A stretch of DNA of 64,000 bases from Patescibacteria group bacterium (lineage in GTDB: Bacteria > Patescibacteriota > Minisyncoccia > Phycocordibacterales > XYD1-FULL-46-19), in contig JBMCHT010000003.1 of the NCBI GenBank assembly GCA_048617235.1, positions 81,958 through 145,957 on the forward strand, given 5' to 3'. Below, piece by piece: positions 17,545 to 27,404 of this stretch (position 1 is the stretch's first letter; every line of letters begins with the position of its first letter). The translations under genes and the position numbers were made by a program. The notes beneath the pieces were generated by a model. The model saw only the letters and a program-made list of their open reading frames with translations, did not search any database and was not told where the DNA came from.

Positions 17545-18080
17545 ATTAATAAAAAGAGTAAAAAGAGAACCAATAAAACAGATAATGTGATTATAAGAAT
17601 AATGTAAACAAAATTACCGCCGGAGGAACGAGCCGGTTTAATATATCCTCCGGCTACCAAATCCTCATATAAACGAGAGGAGGTTAAAATATCATGAAAA
17701 GCATCCAAAATAAGGGGATCTTTCATTTTTTCTATCTCAACCACCACCCGACCCAAACCGTTTTTAGGAATAAGATCTATCATTTCGTTTAGTTGATCTA
17801 CTTTATCTTCACTGACTAGCTTGGAATTTTTCAAATATTCGGGAGTAATAATCACCTGAGCCGCCTGTTCCAGGCCGGGAAAATCATCCGCCTGCTCGGG
17901 TTTACCGGTTTGAATTCTATTTTTTTCAGTATCAATTTGATTTTTATCTTCATCAGCTTGCACTAAATTAACCGCCTGTTCCTGGTCTTGACGCACTTTA
18001 TCTATTAATTGACTTAATCGTTCTTGCTCGGCCTCTAAATCAGTTAATGTTAATTTGTGTTGTTCTAAAGATTCAGGCAT
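17541..18080 (-). CDS. hypothetical coiled-coil protein with a C-terminal TM anchor; translationally coupled to the VirD4-like gene (ATGA overlap)
   Basis: 4-nt overlap with the downstream ORF start. C-terminal hydrophobic FVYIILIITLSVLLVLFLLFLLI. Confidence 0.45.
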   Translation of the reverse strand: MPESLEQHKLTLTDLEAEQERLSQLIDKVRQDQEQAVNLVQADEDKNQIDTEKNRIQTGKPEQADDFPGLEQAAQVIITPEYLKNSKLVSEDKVDQLNEMIDLIPKNGLGRVVVEIEKMKDPLILDAFHDILTSSRLYEDLVAGGYIKPARSSGGNFVYIILIITLSVLLVLFLLFLLI

Positions 18081-18139
18081 AATAACTTTATATATAAATA
18101 AATGACTGTTTTATTATAACAGATTCTTAATATAAAAAA

Positions 18140-18880
18140 ATGACAGAGAAATTTTCATTACAACCAGAGAAGAAAACCCCTTCCAAGGTCTCTTCGGAAA
18201 ACCGTTTTCAATCAAATAAACCACCGGAAGAAAAAGTTAAACTACAAGAAGAAGATCAACCCCAACCTCTTCCACCAACTGAACTGATAGAAAGCAGAAG
18301 GAGGCAACAACCTCCAACCTTATCCAGAGAAGATTTTTTAACTTTTGACAAAAGACACTTTGATGCCGATAAGGCTAAATCCTTACCGGATTTGATAGAC
18401 ATGATCCGTCAAGTGGGCATTATTACCAATCAAAACGGAGTGGAAACTCCGGCTGAGGATATTATCAGCCTTATTTACGATAGATTATTAAACCCTCAAA
18501 CCGGAGACTGGACCAAAATTACCTTGAGGCACAATCTTAGAAAAAGAGTCTACGAGCTGGCTAAGGATTATCAAAAAACCAAAGAATATCAACAACTGGC
18601 CGGCTTAAATTTACATCCTAATCTTAATTACAAACAATTGGTTCAAGAAATTAAAAAACAGACTTTATTACCCACCAAAGCCGGTAATCTAGTTGATGCC
18701 AATCAAATTATTAAATGGATTAAAAATAAAGAATGGGATAATTTGCCGATTCCTTTGGTTTTTAAATTAGAGTCACTGGAAAGAAGAAAACTTCAGACCA
18801 AATTGGAAAAAGAAGTAAAAAATAAACAAAAAACAAACTTCTTTAAAAAAATATTTAAAAAATTCCGCCGTCATAAATAA
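18140..18880 (+). CDS. hypothetical basic protein (no TM segment)
   Basis: Long ORF with good coding periodicity. No recognisable motifs. Confidence 0.4.
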   Translation: MTEKFSLQPEKKTPSKVSSENRFQSNKPPEEKVKLQEEDQPQPLPPTELIESRRRQQPPTLSREDFLTFDKRHFDADKAKSLPDLIDMIRQVGIITNQNGVETPAEDIISLIYDRLLNPQTGDWTKITLRHNLRKRVYELAKDYQKTKEYQQLAGLNLHPNLNYKQLVQEIKKQTLLPTKAGNLVDANQIIKWIKNKEWDNLPIPLVFKLESLERRKLQTKLEKEVKNKQKTNFFKKIFKKFRRHK

Positions 18881-18893
18881 AAATTGACCTAAA

Positions 18894-20849
18894 ATGACTA
18901 TAAACAAATCTCCGAATAGCCAGTTTTTAATTGACCTTAATCCCGAACAAAAAAAAGCCGTGCTTTGCCTATCGGGACCTTTATTGATTATCGCCGGTGC
19001 CGGTGCCGGTAAAACAAAAACTTTAACCTCTCGTATCGGTTATTTAATGGAATCGGGATTACCACCGGAAAATATTCTGGCGGTTACTTTTACCAATAAA
19101 GCAGCTCAAGAAATGAAGGAAAGAGTCGGATTAAAAACCAAGCACTCGTTTAAAACCGAACCACAGATAGGAACTTTCCACTCACTGGGTTTAAAGTTAT
19201 TAAAACAATATGGTCAAGTGATAGATTTGCCATCTTTTGCCATAATAGATCGTTATGACCAAACAAAAATAATTAAAGAAGTTTTTACTCAGGTCGGTTA
19301 CGACCCTAAACAAATAGAGCCCAAAAAAGCTTTAAATATTATCAGTCGCCAAAAAGGGGATAATAAAAGTTTCCAAGATTTAAACAATTTGGATATGAGC
19401 GATCGTTGGCGAACCATTTTAGAAAAAGTCTGGCCTCTTTATGATAAAAAACTAAAACAAAACCGTTTTTTAGATTTTGATGATTTGTTAATTAAACCTT
19501 TAAAATTGTTAAAGCAAAACTCCGATATCCTTAAAACTTGTCAGGAAAAATTCAAATATATTCATATAGACGAATACCAAGATACCAATACGATTCAATA
19601 TGAATTATCTAAAATTTTAACCGGGGACGAACAAAATATTTGTGTCGTCGGCGATCAAGATCAAGCTATTTACGGTTGGCGGGGAGCCGATGACCGTAAT
19701 ATTCTTAAATTCCGCCAAGATTTTCCTCAACATAAACTGATTATCTTAAATAGAAATTATCGATCCAGTGGAAATATTTTAGCGGCCGCCAATCAAGTGA
19801 TTGAAAAAAATCCGGAACGAGAGCCCAAAAACCTAATCACCGACAAAGAAGCCGGTTCTCCAATCAGATTATTGTCTGCTTTGGACGGTTCAACTGAAGC
19901 TGAAACCGTCGCCCAAGAAGTTAGTATTTTATTAAATCAAAACCATAAACCGGAAGAAATAGCCATTCTTTTCAGAACCAATTTTCAATCACGCTTACTG
20001 GAAGAGGCTTTTAATAAAAACAATATTCCTTATCAAGTGGTGGGAACCAAATTCTTTGATCGTAAAGAAATAAAAGATTTGACCGCTTTTGTTAGAGTAG
20101 CTTTTAATCAAACCGATCTAATCAGTTTAGCCAGAATCCTATCGGTTCCTAAAAAAAGAGGAATAGGAAAAATTACTTTCAATCATTGGGTTAATAATCA
20201 AACAGACAAATTATCAACCGGAGCTCAGACTAAAATTAAAAATTTTCAAATTCTCCTAAATGATTTAAAAGAAAAAATTTATCAAAAACCGGCCAGTGAA
20301 GCTTTACTTTATATTGTAAAACAAACCGGCTGGGAACAAGAATGTAAAAAACAAGGTGAAATCGGCTTAAGCGTTTTAGCCAACTTAAATGAATTTATCG
20401 GCCTGGCAGATGCTTATAATCATTTACCTCCACCGGAAGGACTCCAAACCATGATGTTGGAAAAAGCCCTGATGTCCGATCAGGATAATTTAAAAACCGA
20501 ACCGGCTTCAGGGGTGAAGTTAATGACGGTTCATGCCGCCAAAGGTTTAGAATTTAAAACGGTTTTTGTTGTCGGCCTGGAACAAGAATTATTTCCCTTG
20601 GTTTCTCCGTTTGACCAGTCTAAAAACATAAATGAAGAAAGGCGATTGTTTTATGTAGCTATGACCAGAGCCCGAGAAAATTTGATTTTATCTTATGCTC
20701 AAATCAGAAATGTTTTCGGCCAACAAAAAATAAACCAACCATCGGAATTTCTCCTGGATATAGAAGAAGACCTATTAGCTACCGACCAAGAAGTAAATTC
20801 CCATTCCGGTTATTTGGATGAATTTTTAACAGACATCAGATATGAATAA
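18894..20849 (+). CDS. UvrD/PcrA/Rep-family ATP-dependent DNA helicase
   Basis: Walker A AGAGAGKTKTLT, motif II DEYQDTN, motif III VVGDQDQAIYGWRGA, helicase C-terminal VHAAKGLEF. Confidence 0.85.
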   Translation: MTINKSPNSQFLIDLNPEQKKAVLCLSGPLLIIAGAGAGKTKTLTSRIGYLMESGLPPENILAVTFTNKAAQEMKERVGLKTKHSFKTEPQIGTFHSLGLKLLKQYGQVIDLPSFAIIDRYDQTKIIKEVFTQVGYDPKQIEPKKALNIISRQKGDNKSFQDLNNLDMSDRWRTILEKVWPLYDKKLKQNRFLDFDDLLIKPLKLLKQNSDILKTCQEKFKYIHIDEYQDTNTIQYELSKILTGDEQNICVVGDQDQAIYGWRGADDRNILKFRQDFPQHKLIILNRNYRSSGNILAAANQVIEKNPEREPKNLITDKEAGSPIRLLSALDGSTEAETVAQEVSILLNQNHKPEEIAILFRTNFQSRLLEEAFNKNNIPYQVVGTKFFDRKEIKDLTAFVRVAFNQTDLISLARILSVPKKRGIGKITFNHWVNNQTDKLSTGAQTKIKNFQILLNDLKEKIYQKPASEALLYIVKQTGWEQECKKQGEIGLSVLANLNEFIGLADAYNHLPPPEGLQTMMLEKALMSDQDNLKTEPASGVKLMTVHAAKGLEFKTVFVVGLEQELFPLVSPFDQSKNINEERRLFYVAMTRARENLILSYAQIRNVFGQQKINQPSEFLLDIEEDLLATDQEVNSHSGYLDEFLTDIRYE

Positions 20850-21624
20850 AAGGGCACCCAAATGGGGACAAAACTTTTTAACTTGTACTTGGCCGATAGA
20901 TTTAATGATCAAAGCCGGTCAAATAAAAACAGGGGATAATGTGTTGGAAATTGGCTCAGGTAAAGGAATTTTAACAACCTCTTTGTTAAAAACCGGAGCT
21001 ATCGTTACCGCTATTGAGAAAGACTCTGAATTAGTAAAAATACTAAAAGAAAAATTTATCTCCGAATTAGAAAATAAAAAAATGTTTCTAATAGAAACAG
21101 ACATTCGAGATTGGTTAAAACAAAAAAAACTACCTCTTAATACTCCCTATAAAGTGGTAGCCAATATTCCTTATTACTTGACCGGCCATTTGTTAAAAAA
21201 TCTATTGACAGCCACCCCCCAACCTCAAACCATTATTTTATTAATTCAACAGGAAGTAGCTCAAAGAATCACTGAAACGAAAAAAAACAATATTTTAAAA
21301 TTAGCTATAGAAGCCTACGGTAAGCCAAAAATCATTAAAAAAGTTCCAGCCGGTTGTTTTCAGCCACCGCCAAAGGTAGATTCGGCAATTTTAGCCATAA
21401 CCGATATTAATCAATCTTTTTTTAAAGATTTTTCACCTGAATACTTTTTTTCTATTTTAAAACAAGGTTTTGGCTCTAAACGACAAATACTAAAAAAACA
21501 AATCGGCTTAACGGAAAAAGATTTAACTCAACTTGATCTACCACTTATGGTTAGAGCCGAAGACTTAGATTTGGAAAAATGGAAAAAATTAACTTTATAT
21601 GTTAAAAATAAAAATAATGATTAA
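20842..21624 (+). CDS. rsmA: 16S rRNA (adenine1518/1519-N6)-dimethyltransferase
   Basis: WGQNFL start, SAM-binding LEIGSGKGILT, NIPYYLT motif. Confidence 0.85.
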   Translation: MNKRAPKWGQNFLTCTWPIDLMIKAGQIKTGDNVLEIGSGKGILTTSLLKTGAIVTAIEKDSELVKILKEKFISELENKKMFLIETDIRDWLKQKKLPLNTPYKVVANIPYYLTGHLLKNLLTATPQPQTIILLIQQEVAQRITETKKNNILKLAIEAYGKPKIIKKVPAGCFQPPPKVDSAILAITDINQSFFKDFSPEYFFSILKQGFGSKRQILKKQIGLTEKDLTQLDLPLMVRAEDLDLEKWKKLTLYVKNKNND

Positions 21625-22066
21625 AGAAATATTTAAAATTTCAGCAGGGATTTTGATTTTAATTATCATTGCTTTGGTCGGTTTAACTTTTAAACATTTT
21701 CAACAAGAAAATAATCCAATTGAAAAAAATAAAAAAACAGAAACTGAACAAAACTTGTCTTTACCTATTTTTCATGAACCGCAAACCGGCCTAAATTTAT
21801 ACTTAGCCCAAGAACAAAAAGACCTGATTCGCGGTTTATCCGGCTTATCTGCACTACAAAATAATCACGGTTTATTAATGATCTATAAGCAAGAGGATTA
21901 TCATGGCATTTGGATGCCCGATATGAATTTTGCTATTGATGTTTTATGGTTAAATGAAGACGGAATAATTACTGATCGCCAAATAAATATGAAACCGGGA
22001 TCTTACCCTGAAGTTTTTACCCCACCGAACCGGCCAAGTTCGTTCTGGAAATCCCGGCCGGCTTAG
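21599..22066 (+). CDS. DUF192 domain protein
   Basis: HGIWMPDMNFAIDVLWLNEDGIITD matches the DUF192 core. N-terminal TM helix. Confidence 0.55.
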   Translation: MLKIKIMIKEIFKISAGILILIIIALVGLTFKHFQQENNPIEKNKKTETEQNLSLPIFHEPQTGLNLYLAQEQKDLIRGLSGLSALQNNHGLLMIYKQEDYHGIWMPDMNFAIDVLWLNEDGIITDRQINMKPGSYPEVFTPPNRPSSFWKSRPA

Positions 22067-22132
22067 CCGAACAATTAAAATTAGAACCAGGTGTCCAAAT
22101 ATCTTCCTTAAAAGATTTAATCAAATAGTGAT

Positions 22133-22501
22133 TTATCTTGAAGTCCCGACCATAAAAATCAAAGGGGCTTTGGTTTTACGATCACAATCACTACCTCTAA
22201 TACAAATAGAAAACCCTTCATGGGTGCCCAAAACTTGAGCTCCTTCTTTAATCTGACGATATTGATACAAAATACTGACCCCCGGCTGGTAAATAACCTC
22301 ATCCGGCAACCAAGAAGCAGCCGGTTTAAGAGTTAATAAAAAATTATTACTGCAACTGCAATATTTAAGCTCAGTTATTAGACCTCCGAAGGGTTTATTA
22401 CTTACTGCAAACACTAATCCGGTCCCTAAACCCAAAATAATAAATAATAAAAATAAAATTTTAAAAACATTCCGAGATAACATAAATATAATTTTAATCA
22501 A
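22133..22501 (-). CDS. small secreted or membrane Cys-containing hypothetical protein
   Basis: N-terminal hydrophobic helix. Overlaps the upstream ORF by 8 nt (operon). Confidence 0.4.
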   Translation of the reverse strand: MIKIIFMLSRNVFKILFLLFIILGLGTGLVFAVSNKPFGGLITELKYCSCSNNFLLTLKPAASWLPDEVIYQPGVSILYQYRQIKEGAQVLGTHEGFSICIRGSDCDRKTKAPLIFMVGTSR

Positions 22502-23291
22502 TTATTAAATCAAACTCTAAAGCATTACTAAAGCCGGCGCTATTTTCCACATACACCCACATGGGGATTTTTTCCGGCCTATCTATACCCACTAAGTGTT
22601 TTTTATCTATCGATTCTATATCCGCCGCCCAGGGTAAATCAATTGGAAAAGATAAATAATCATCTGAGGTTTCCTGAGCCGGTAAACTAAAAAAAGTAGT
22701 GTGAACTATAACCGGCTCTGCTGTTAGATTTTTTCCATAAACCCTAACTTTGGTTCCCGGTGATCCGAAAGTTGGTTCCAAATTATTTAAAATAATTTTT
22801 TTTGAAACAGATGAAGAACTTTTAGTCTTTGTATTATCTGACAACTCTTTATTACTTTTACTCACCACTTCTTCTTCCAGCGGTTTAGGGGGAACAATCT
22901 CTATACTGTTACTCCGATTAACAACTTGCTGATCACCAAAAACCGTCTTCAATCTATTCCAAGTTAATATATCTACCATCCCTGTCGGATTGAACAAACC
23001 TTGAGGTTTTAAAATATAAGTTGCTTGTTGTCTTTGAAAACGCCGTACCGCCGCTTCTGTTAGAGGGCCATAGTAATTTGTTTCCTGACCGGAAGAACCC
23101 GGGCCAGAGACTGCTAAGCGAGTTACCGAATCCTGATTCAACCACTGTTGTAATTGTTTAACCGAAGTATTTTTATCTCCAAGAGATAAAAAAACATCTG
23201 AAAAAGCATAAGTTAAACCGATTTTTCCTCCCCCCAAGACAATTACTGTCGTCAAGATTATTAAAATTAAAAAAGAAGATAACTTTTTCAT
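22494..23291 (-). CDS. secreted protein with a peptidoglycan-binding (PG_binding_1-like) domain
   Basis: Signal peptide. VKQLQQWL...LAVSGPGSSGQETNYYGPLTEAAVRRFQ fits the PG-binding repeat pattern (D/G-x-FG-x-T-x-x-AV-x-x-FQ). Confidence 0.5.
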   Translation of the reverse strand: MKKLSSFLILIILTTVIVLGGGKIGLTYAFSDVFLSLGDKNTSVKQLQQWLNQDSVTRLAVSGPGSSGQETNYYGPLTEAAVRRFQRQQATYILKPQGLFNPTGMVDILTWNRLKTVFGDQQVVNRSNSIEIVPPKPLEEEVVSKSNKELSDNTKTKSSSSVSKKIILNNLEPTFGSPGTKVRVYGKNLTAEPVIVHTTFFSLPAQETSDDYLSFPIDLPWAADIESIDKKHLVGIDRPEKIPMWVYVENSAGFSNALEFDLIID

Positions 23292-23353
23292 TACTGATAT
23301 GATAAAATAAACCTTAAGAAAAAGAAAGTTTTAAAGTTTTACTGAAAATTATT

Positions 23354-24082
23354 ATGATCACTTCTGCCAATAAAAAGATTTTAACAATTATAATTATTGT
23401 AATAATAATTTCCTTTGTCATTTTCTTGTGGTGGTTGGGGGGACGCAATATTGAAACAAAAAACAACCTCTCCGAACCAAACAACCTCAATTTCAGTGAG
23501 ACAGAAATAGAAAAAGCCCAAGAAAGAGAAAAAACTTTATCTTCTTTACTTGAAAATAAAAATAAAGAAAATTTACCAAGCACATCTTTTCCCACTAAAT
23601 CTTTTACAGAAAAAGATTTAAAACAAACTCAAACAAACAGCCAAGATTTTTACCAAGAATATGCCAAAAAAATGACTGAAACAATTTCTCCTTTATCAGA
23701 TTTTGATACTCCTCCGGCTGAAATAATAATAAATGCCATAGAACGAAATGATTTTTCACAAATTGTTTATTTGGAGAAGAGGTTAAAAGTAAATATTGAT
23801 ATGATAAACAATTTACTGGAAATCACTGTTCCGAATGAAGCAATTAAACATCATTTATCTTTAATTAATTCTCTGGTCTATCTTAACCAACCTTTATTTA
23901 ATATGTCTCAAATTGAATCCGATATTGCCAAAGCTTTAACCGGAGCGGAAAGATATCAAAAAGAAATTTTAAAAACTTTTAAAATTATTAATAAATTTAA
24001 TCAATTTTTTAACGATAAAGGAATAACTATAGACAATAATGTGGATAAGCAAACCGAAAGTAATTGGCAAGAGACTAATTAA
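23354..24082 (+). CDS. hypothetical membrane-anchored protein (N-terminal TM); first gene of the T4SS-like block
   Basis: TM helix ILTIIIIVIIISFVIFLWWLGG. No recognisable motifs. Confidence 0.4.
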   Translation: MITSANKKILTIIIIVIIISFVIFLWWLGGRNIETKNNLSEPNNLNFSETEIEKAQEREKTLSSLLENKNKENLPSTSFPTKSFTEKDLKQTQTNSQDFYQEYAKKMTETISPLSDFDTPPAEIIINAIERNDFSQIVYLEKRLKVNIDMINNLLEITVPNEAIKHHLSLINSLVYLNQPLFNMSQIESDIAKALTGAERYQKEILKTFKIINKFNQFFNDKGITIDNNVDKQTESNWQETN

Positions 24083-24114
24083 GTATTAAAATAGATCAAA
24101 GAAGCAATAATTAA

Positions 24115-27100
24115 ATGAAAAATAAATTTTCTCAAACAATTATCTTTTCACTGATAATACTGGTGATTTTAATTCCCTTGCTGGGTTTTGGTTTAAAAAA
24201 ATTATCTGCTTTCCAAACTCAAGCTATACCGGAGCCCGGTTTTGGTGCTGGTTACGATTACCAAACCGAGGTAGACAATCCCAGAGCAGATGACATCAGC
24301 CAACAAGCAGCCGAAGAAGCCAGAGCTCTCCAAGAAAGAACAGAAAACAATGCCTCAGCCTCTCAAGCGGCTGCCAGCAGACTAGCTGAATTGCAACAAC
24401 AAGACCTAGAACAATGTACCGCCGAAGTAACCGGACAAACTCCTCCTCAAGGACCAATGGCAGATACAGTAAATGATTCAGTAGAAGGGGCAATTAATAA
24501 TCATGTGCAAGAAAATTTTCAAGATACTTTTACAGAAGAAATGGATGATACCTTACCCCAAGAAACCCAAAACTTAGTTGAAGAATCTTTTCCTCAAGAG
24601 CTAGATAATGCCACTCAAGAAATACTTCAAGATAACCCCCAAATAGAATTATTAGATGCAGATGATCCGGCTTCAGTTATTGAAAACGGATCTTTGGATT
24701 TTAATCGAGCAGAATTAGATGAAGCCGCAGACGCATATCAAAATTATTTTGGTGACAATTGGCGTGAAGATATTCTAGATGAGGAAAATAGAGCGTCTTT
24801 TACTGAAAATCTATTCGAAGAAACCGTTCAAAGTGTCACTCCAGAAGTTTTTGAACAAGTTTTAACCGATAATTTACCTCAAGTCCTAGAAAACACCATG
24901 GAATCAGCTTTTTCCGAAACCACAGAATCTATTTTTAACCCCGATCAACTAAAAGAAGTATTTACAGATAGAAACTTTCAAAATAACTTAGAGGGAGGAC
25001 TATCTACTGTCGCCTCTGATACCGTCAATGGAGCATTAAGTGGTTTAGAAAACTTAAATGAAAGCGATTTGAGAGAAACCTTGGGTTTACCTGAAAGACC
25101 TCGCGCTGTTAGACCCGTGTCTCAATATGATGAAGATGGTTATTTTACAGGTTATACATATGAAACAGGAGGCTACGAACCCGGCACCAATCTTAATTTA
25201 GACGATATAAGAGAGGTGACAACTCAAAGCATGGAAGATAATATTTCCCAAAATATAACCGACAATTTACTTAAGGATGAAAATTTGACCAATCTATCAA
25301 CCAATATGATGGAATCAATGAATCTAAACAGTGATCAAATAGTAGGTGAAATGCTAGACGGTTTAAGTATGGATGGTTTAACTGAAAACTTAAATTTAGA
25401 CAGTTTAACTGAAAACTTAGATTTAGACAGTTTAAATTTTGATCAGGCTTTTGGTGATATATTAAACGATTTTGATATTGATAGTGTGTTAGACGGTTTT
25501 GATATTGATAATATATTAGGCGATTTTGGTGGCATAGGTGATATTGTTGGTGATTTTTCCAACCAAATAACCGACATGGCCGGAGATGTTTTTGGCGACA
25601 TAACCGGAGACATGATGGGTGATCTTAATGATCTTGGTATTGGCTTAGATTTAGACAGCCTCCCCGGACCTTTAAATGATATAGCCGGTGATATAACCGG
25701 GGGTTTAGATGGGTCTTTACCCGGTGCCGGAGGTTTTGGTGGCGGTGGTAATTATGTACCGGTTAAAGAAGTTGACGGTCCTTTACTGTCCACTACTCAA
25801 GAAATAGATGCCACCACCAAAAGAATGGAACAATTATTAATTCAAATTTGTACTTACCAAAAATCCATCCAAAGAATCCAAACCGCCTTTGAACAAAAAG
25901 AATTTATGGAAGATGTTCAACTTCGTCAATCGGCCAGTGATGAGGTGGAGCGTTATCGTCAGGAAGTTTTTGATCTAACTAATCGCGGTTATGACCCTGA
26001 TGGTCAAGGAGCCGAACAACCGCTATATGTCACCAACTTGGATTCTCACCTCCAGCAAGTTAAAAACGAAACCCGCTCTGTTTATTTAAATCATTTTGGC
26101 CACACTGAAAATGCTTTTGCCGAACAAGTAACAAATGCCATAATGAACAACCCTGATGTCCCGGCTTTACCGGAATCCACCATTACCGTAGATGAATATG
26201 AACGCTTCTTTACCGGTCAAATCGCCGATGCTGAAGAATATCGCCGTATTGCTAGAGAAGTTTATAATCCCTACTTACCCAACACCCCGCAAAGAGCGGT
26301 AGATATGCATTCGGCTTTATATCGTCAAAACTTACAAGAAAAACAAGATCAAGCTGAATTGGAATTTAATACCGGTCAAGGTTATTTGCCTGTCAGAGAA
26401 TGTATTGAACACACCGATGATGGTAGTGCTTGTCTCCACTGGGAAACCATAACTCCGGCCTCTCAAATAGGCGAGCAAATAGCCGATGTTTTGAGTTATC
26501 GCCAAGAAGTTTACACTAATCCTCAAGCCGGAGATATTGTTCCCGGCTCTTCTCCGTCTGAAGCAGAACTTAGAAACTTCAGACCTTCGGCTTCCGGAGG
26601 TAGTAGCAGTGGTAGTAGTGGTGGTAGCAATTCAGCTTCTATGCCGGGATCTTCTATGCCGGGATCTTTTGATATTAATCAAGTGGTTGATATGTTATCT
26701 CAATTTATGTCCGGATTGGAAGGATCAGACCCTGATAGTAGCCCCTCAACCGCCTCCTTAGCTATGGCTAAAGAAATAATAGATGATCAAAATCAAGCGG
26801 TCATCTCTTGGTCCGGAGAAGATGTCAACAGTTGTCAAACAGATAATAATTGGATATCCGGTAATCAATTTACAATGACCGGTTCCGGTGGTATGCAAAG
26901 TTTCTTTGATCATTTTATTATAACCAAAGATGAAGGAGAGGGATTGCCTAATGCCGGTCAGAGTACTATTGACCTGCCTGTATCTTTGGATGTTCGGTTT
27001 GAAGTTATAAGAGCTTCCGGCTCTAATGCCGGAGAAAGGAGAACAATTACCGGGGGAGTAACAACCGATATAATAGATGATATTTATCAAGAAGTAACTT

Positions 27101-27396
27101 TGAATATACCGAGTGTAAATGCCGGGGATGAATTCATTATTTCTTTATTCCCGCATGTTACTAATTATCAAATAAACATAACAGCTTCTAACGGTAATGC
27201 TTCAGATTTGATAAATGAAATAAGAACTGAAATAGATGATATTATAAATAATGAAACTGGAATTTTAAAGAAGAATTTAAGCTTGTTGAATATTGAATAT
27301 AAAACAAATTCAGTAACTCTTTCTCCTAAATTAAAATATGATATAAAATGTCTAGATAATAGCGGTTCAACTATTCAAGATGGTCTAACTTTATAA
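24115..27396 (+). CDS. giant acidic secreted/anchored protein (1093 aa) with Asp/Gly-rich degenerate repeats
   Basis: N-terminal TM/signal. Extremely acidic central region with repeats LDxLTENL and GD(I/V)xGD-type motifs. Cys-poor C-terminal domain. Confidence 0.55.
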   Translation: MKNKFSQTIIFSLIILVILIPLLGFGLKKLSAFQTQAIPEPGFGAGYDYQTEVDNPRADDISQQAAEEARALQERTENNASASQAAASRLAELQQQDLEQCTAEVTGQTPPQGPMADTVNDSVEGAINNHVQENFQDTFTEEMDDTLPQETQNLVEESFPQELDNATQEILQDNPQIELLDADDPASVIENGSLDFNRAELDEAADAYQNYFGDNWREDILDEENRASFTENLFEETVQSVTPEVFEQVLTDNLPQVLENTMESAFSETTESIFNPDQLKEVFTDRNFQNNLEGGLSTVASDTVNGALSGLENLNESDLRETLGLPERPRAVRPVSQYDEDGYFTGYTYETGGYEPGTNLNLDDIREVTTQSMEDNISQNITDNLLKDENLTNLSTNMMESMNLNSDQIVGEMLDGLSMDGLTENLNLDSLTENLDLDSLNFDQAFGDILNDFDIDSVLDGFDIDNILGDFGGIGDIVGDFSNQITDMAGDVFGDITGDMMGDLNDLGIGLDLDSLPGPLNDIAGDITGGLDGSLPGAGGFGGGGNYVPVKEVDGPLLSTTQEIDATTKRMEQLLIQICTYQKSIQRIQTAFEQKEFMEDVQLRQSASDEVERYRQEVFDLTNRGYDPDGQGAEQPLYVTNLDSHLQQVKNETRSVYLNHFGHTENAFAEQVTNAIMNNPDVPALPESTITVDEYERFFTGQIADAEEYRRIAREVYNPYLPNTPQRAVDMHSALYRQNLQEKQDQAELEFNTGQGYLPVRECIEHTDDGSACLHWETITPASQIGEQIADVLSYRQEVYTNPQAGDIVPGSSPSEAELRNFRPSASGGSSSGSSGGSNSASMPGSSMPGSFDINQVVDMLSQFMSGLEGSDPDSSPSTASLAMAKEIIDDQNQAVISWSGEDVNSCQTDNNWISGNQFTMTGSGGMQSFFDHFIITKDEGEGLPNAGQSTIDLPVSLDVRFEVIRASGSNAGERRTITGGVTTDIIDDIYQEVTLNIPSVNAGDEFIISLFPHVTNYQINITASNGNASDLINEIRTEIDDIINNETGILKKNLSLLNIEYKTNSVTLSPKLKYDIKCLDNSGSTIQDGLTL

Positions 27397-27404
27397 AAAC
27401 ACTC

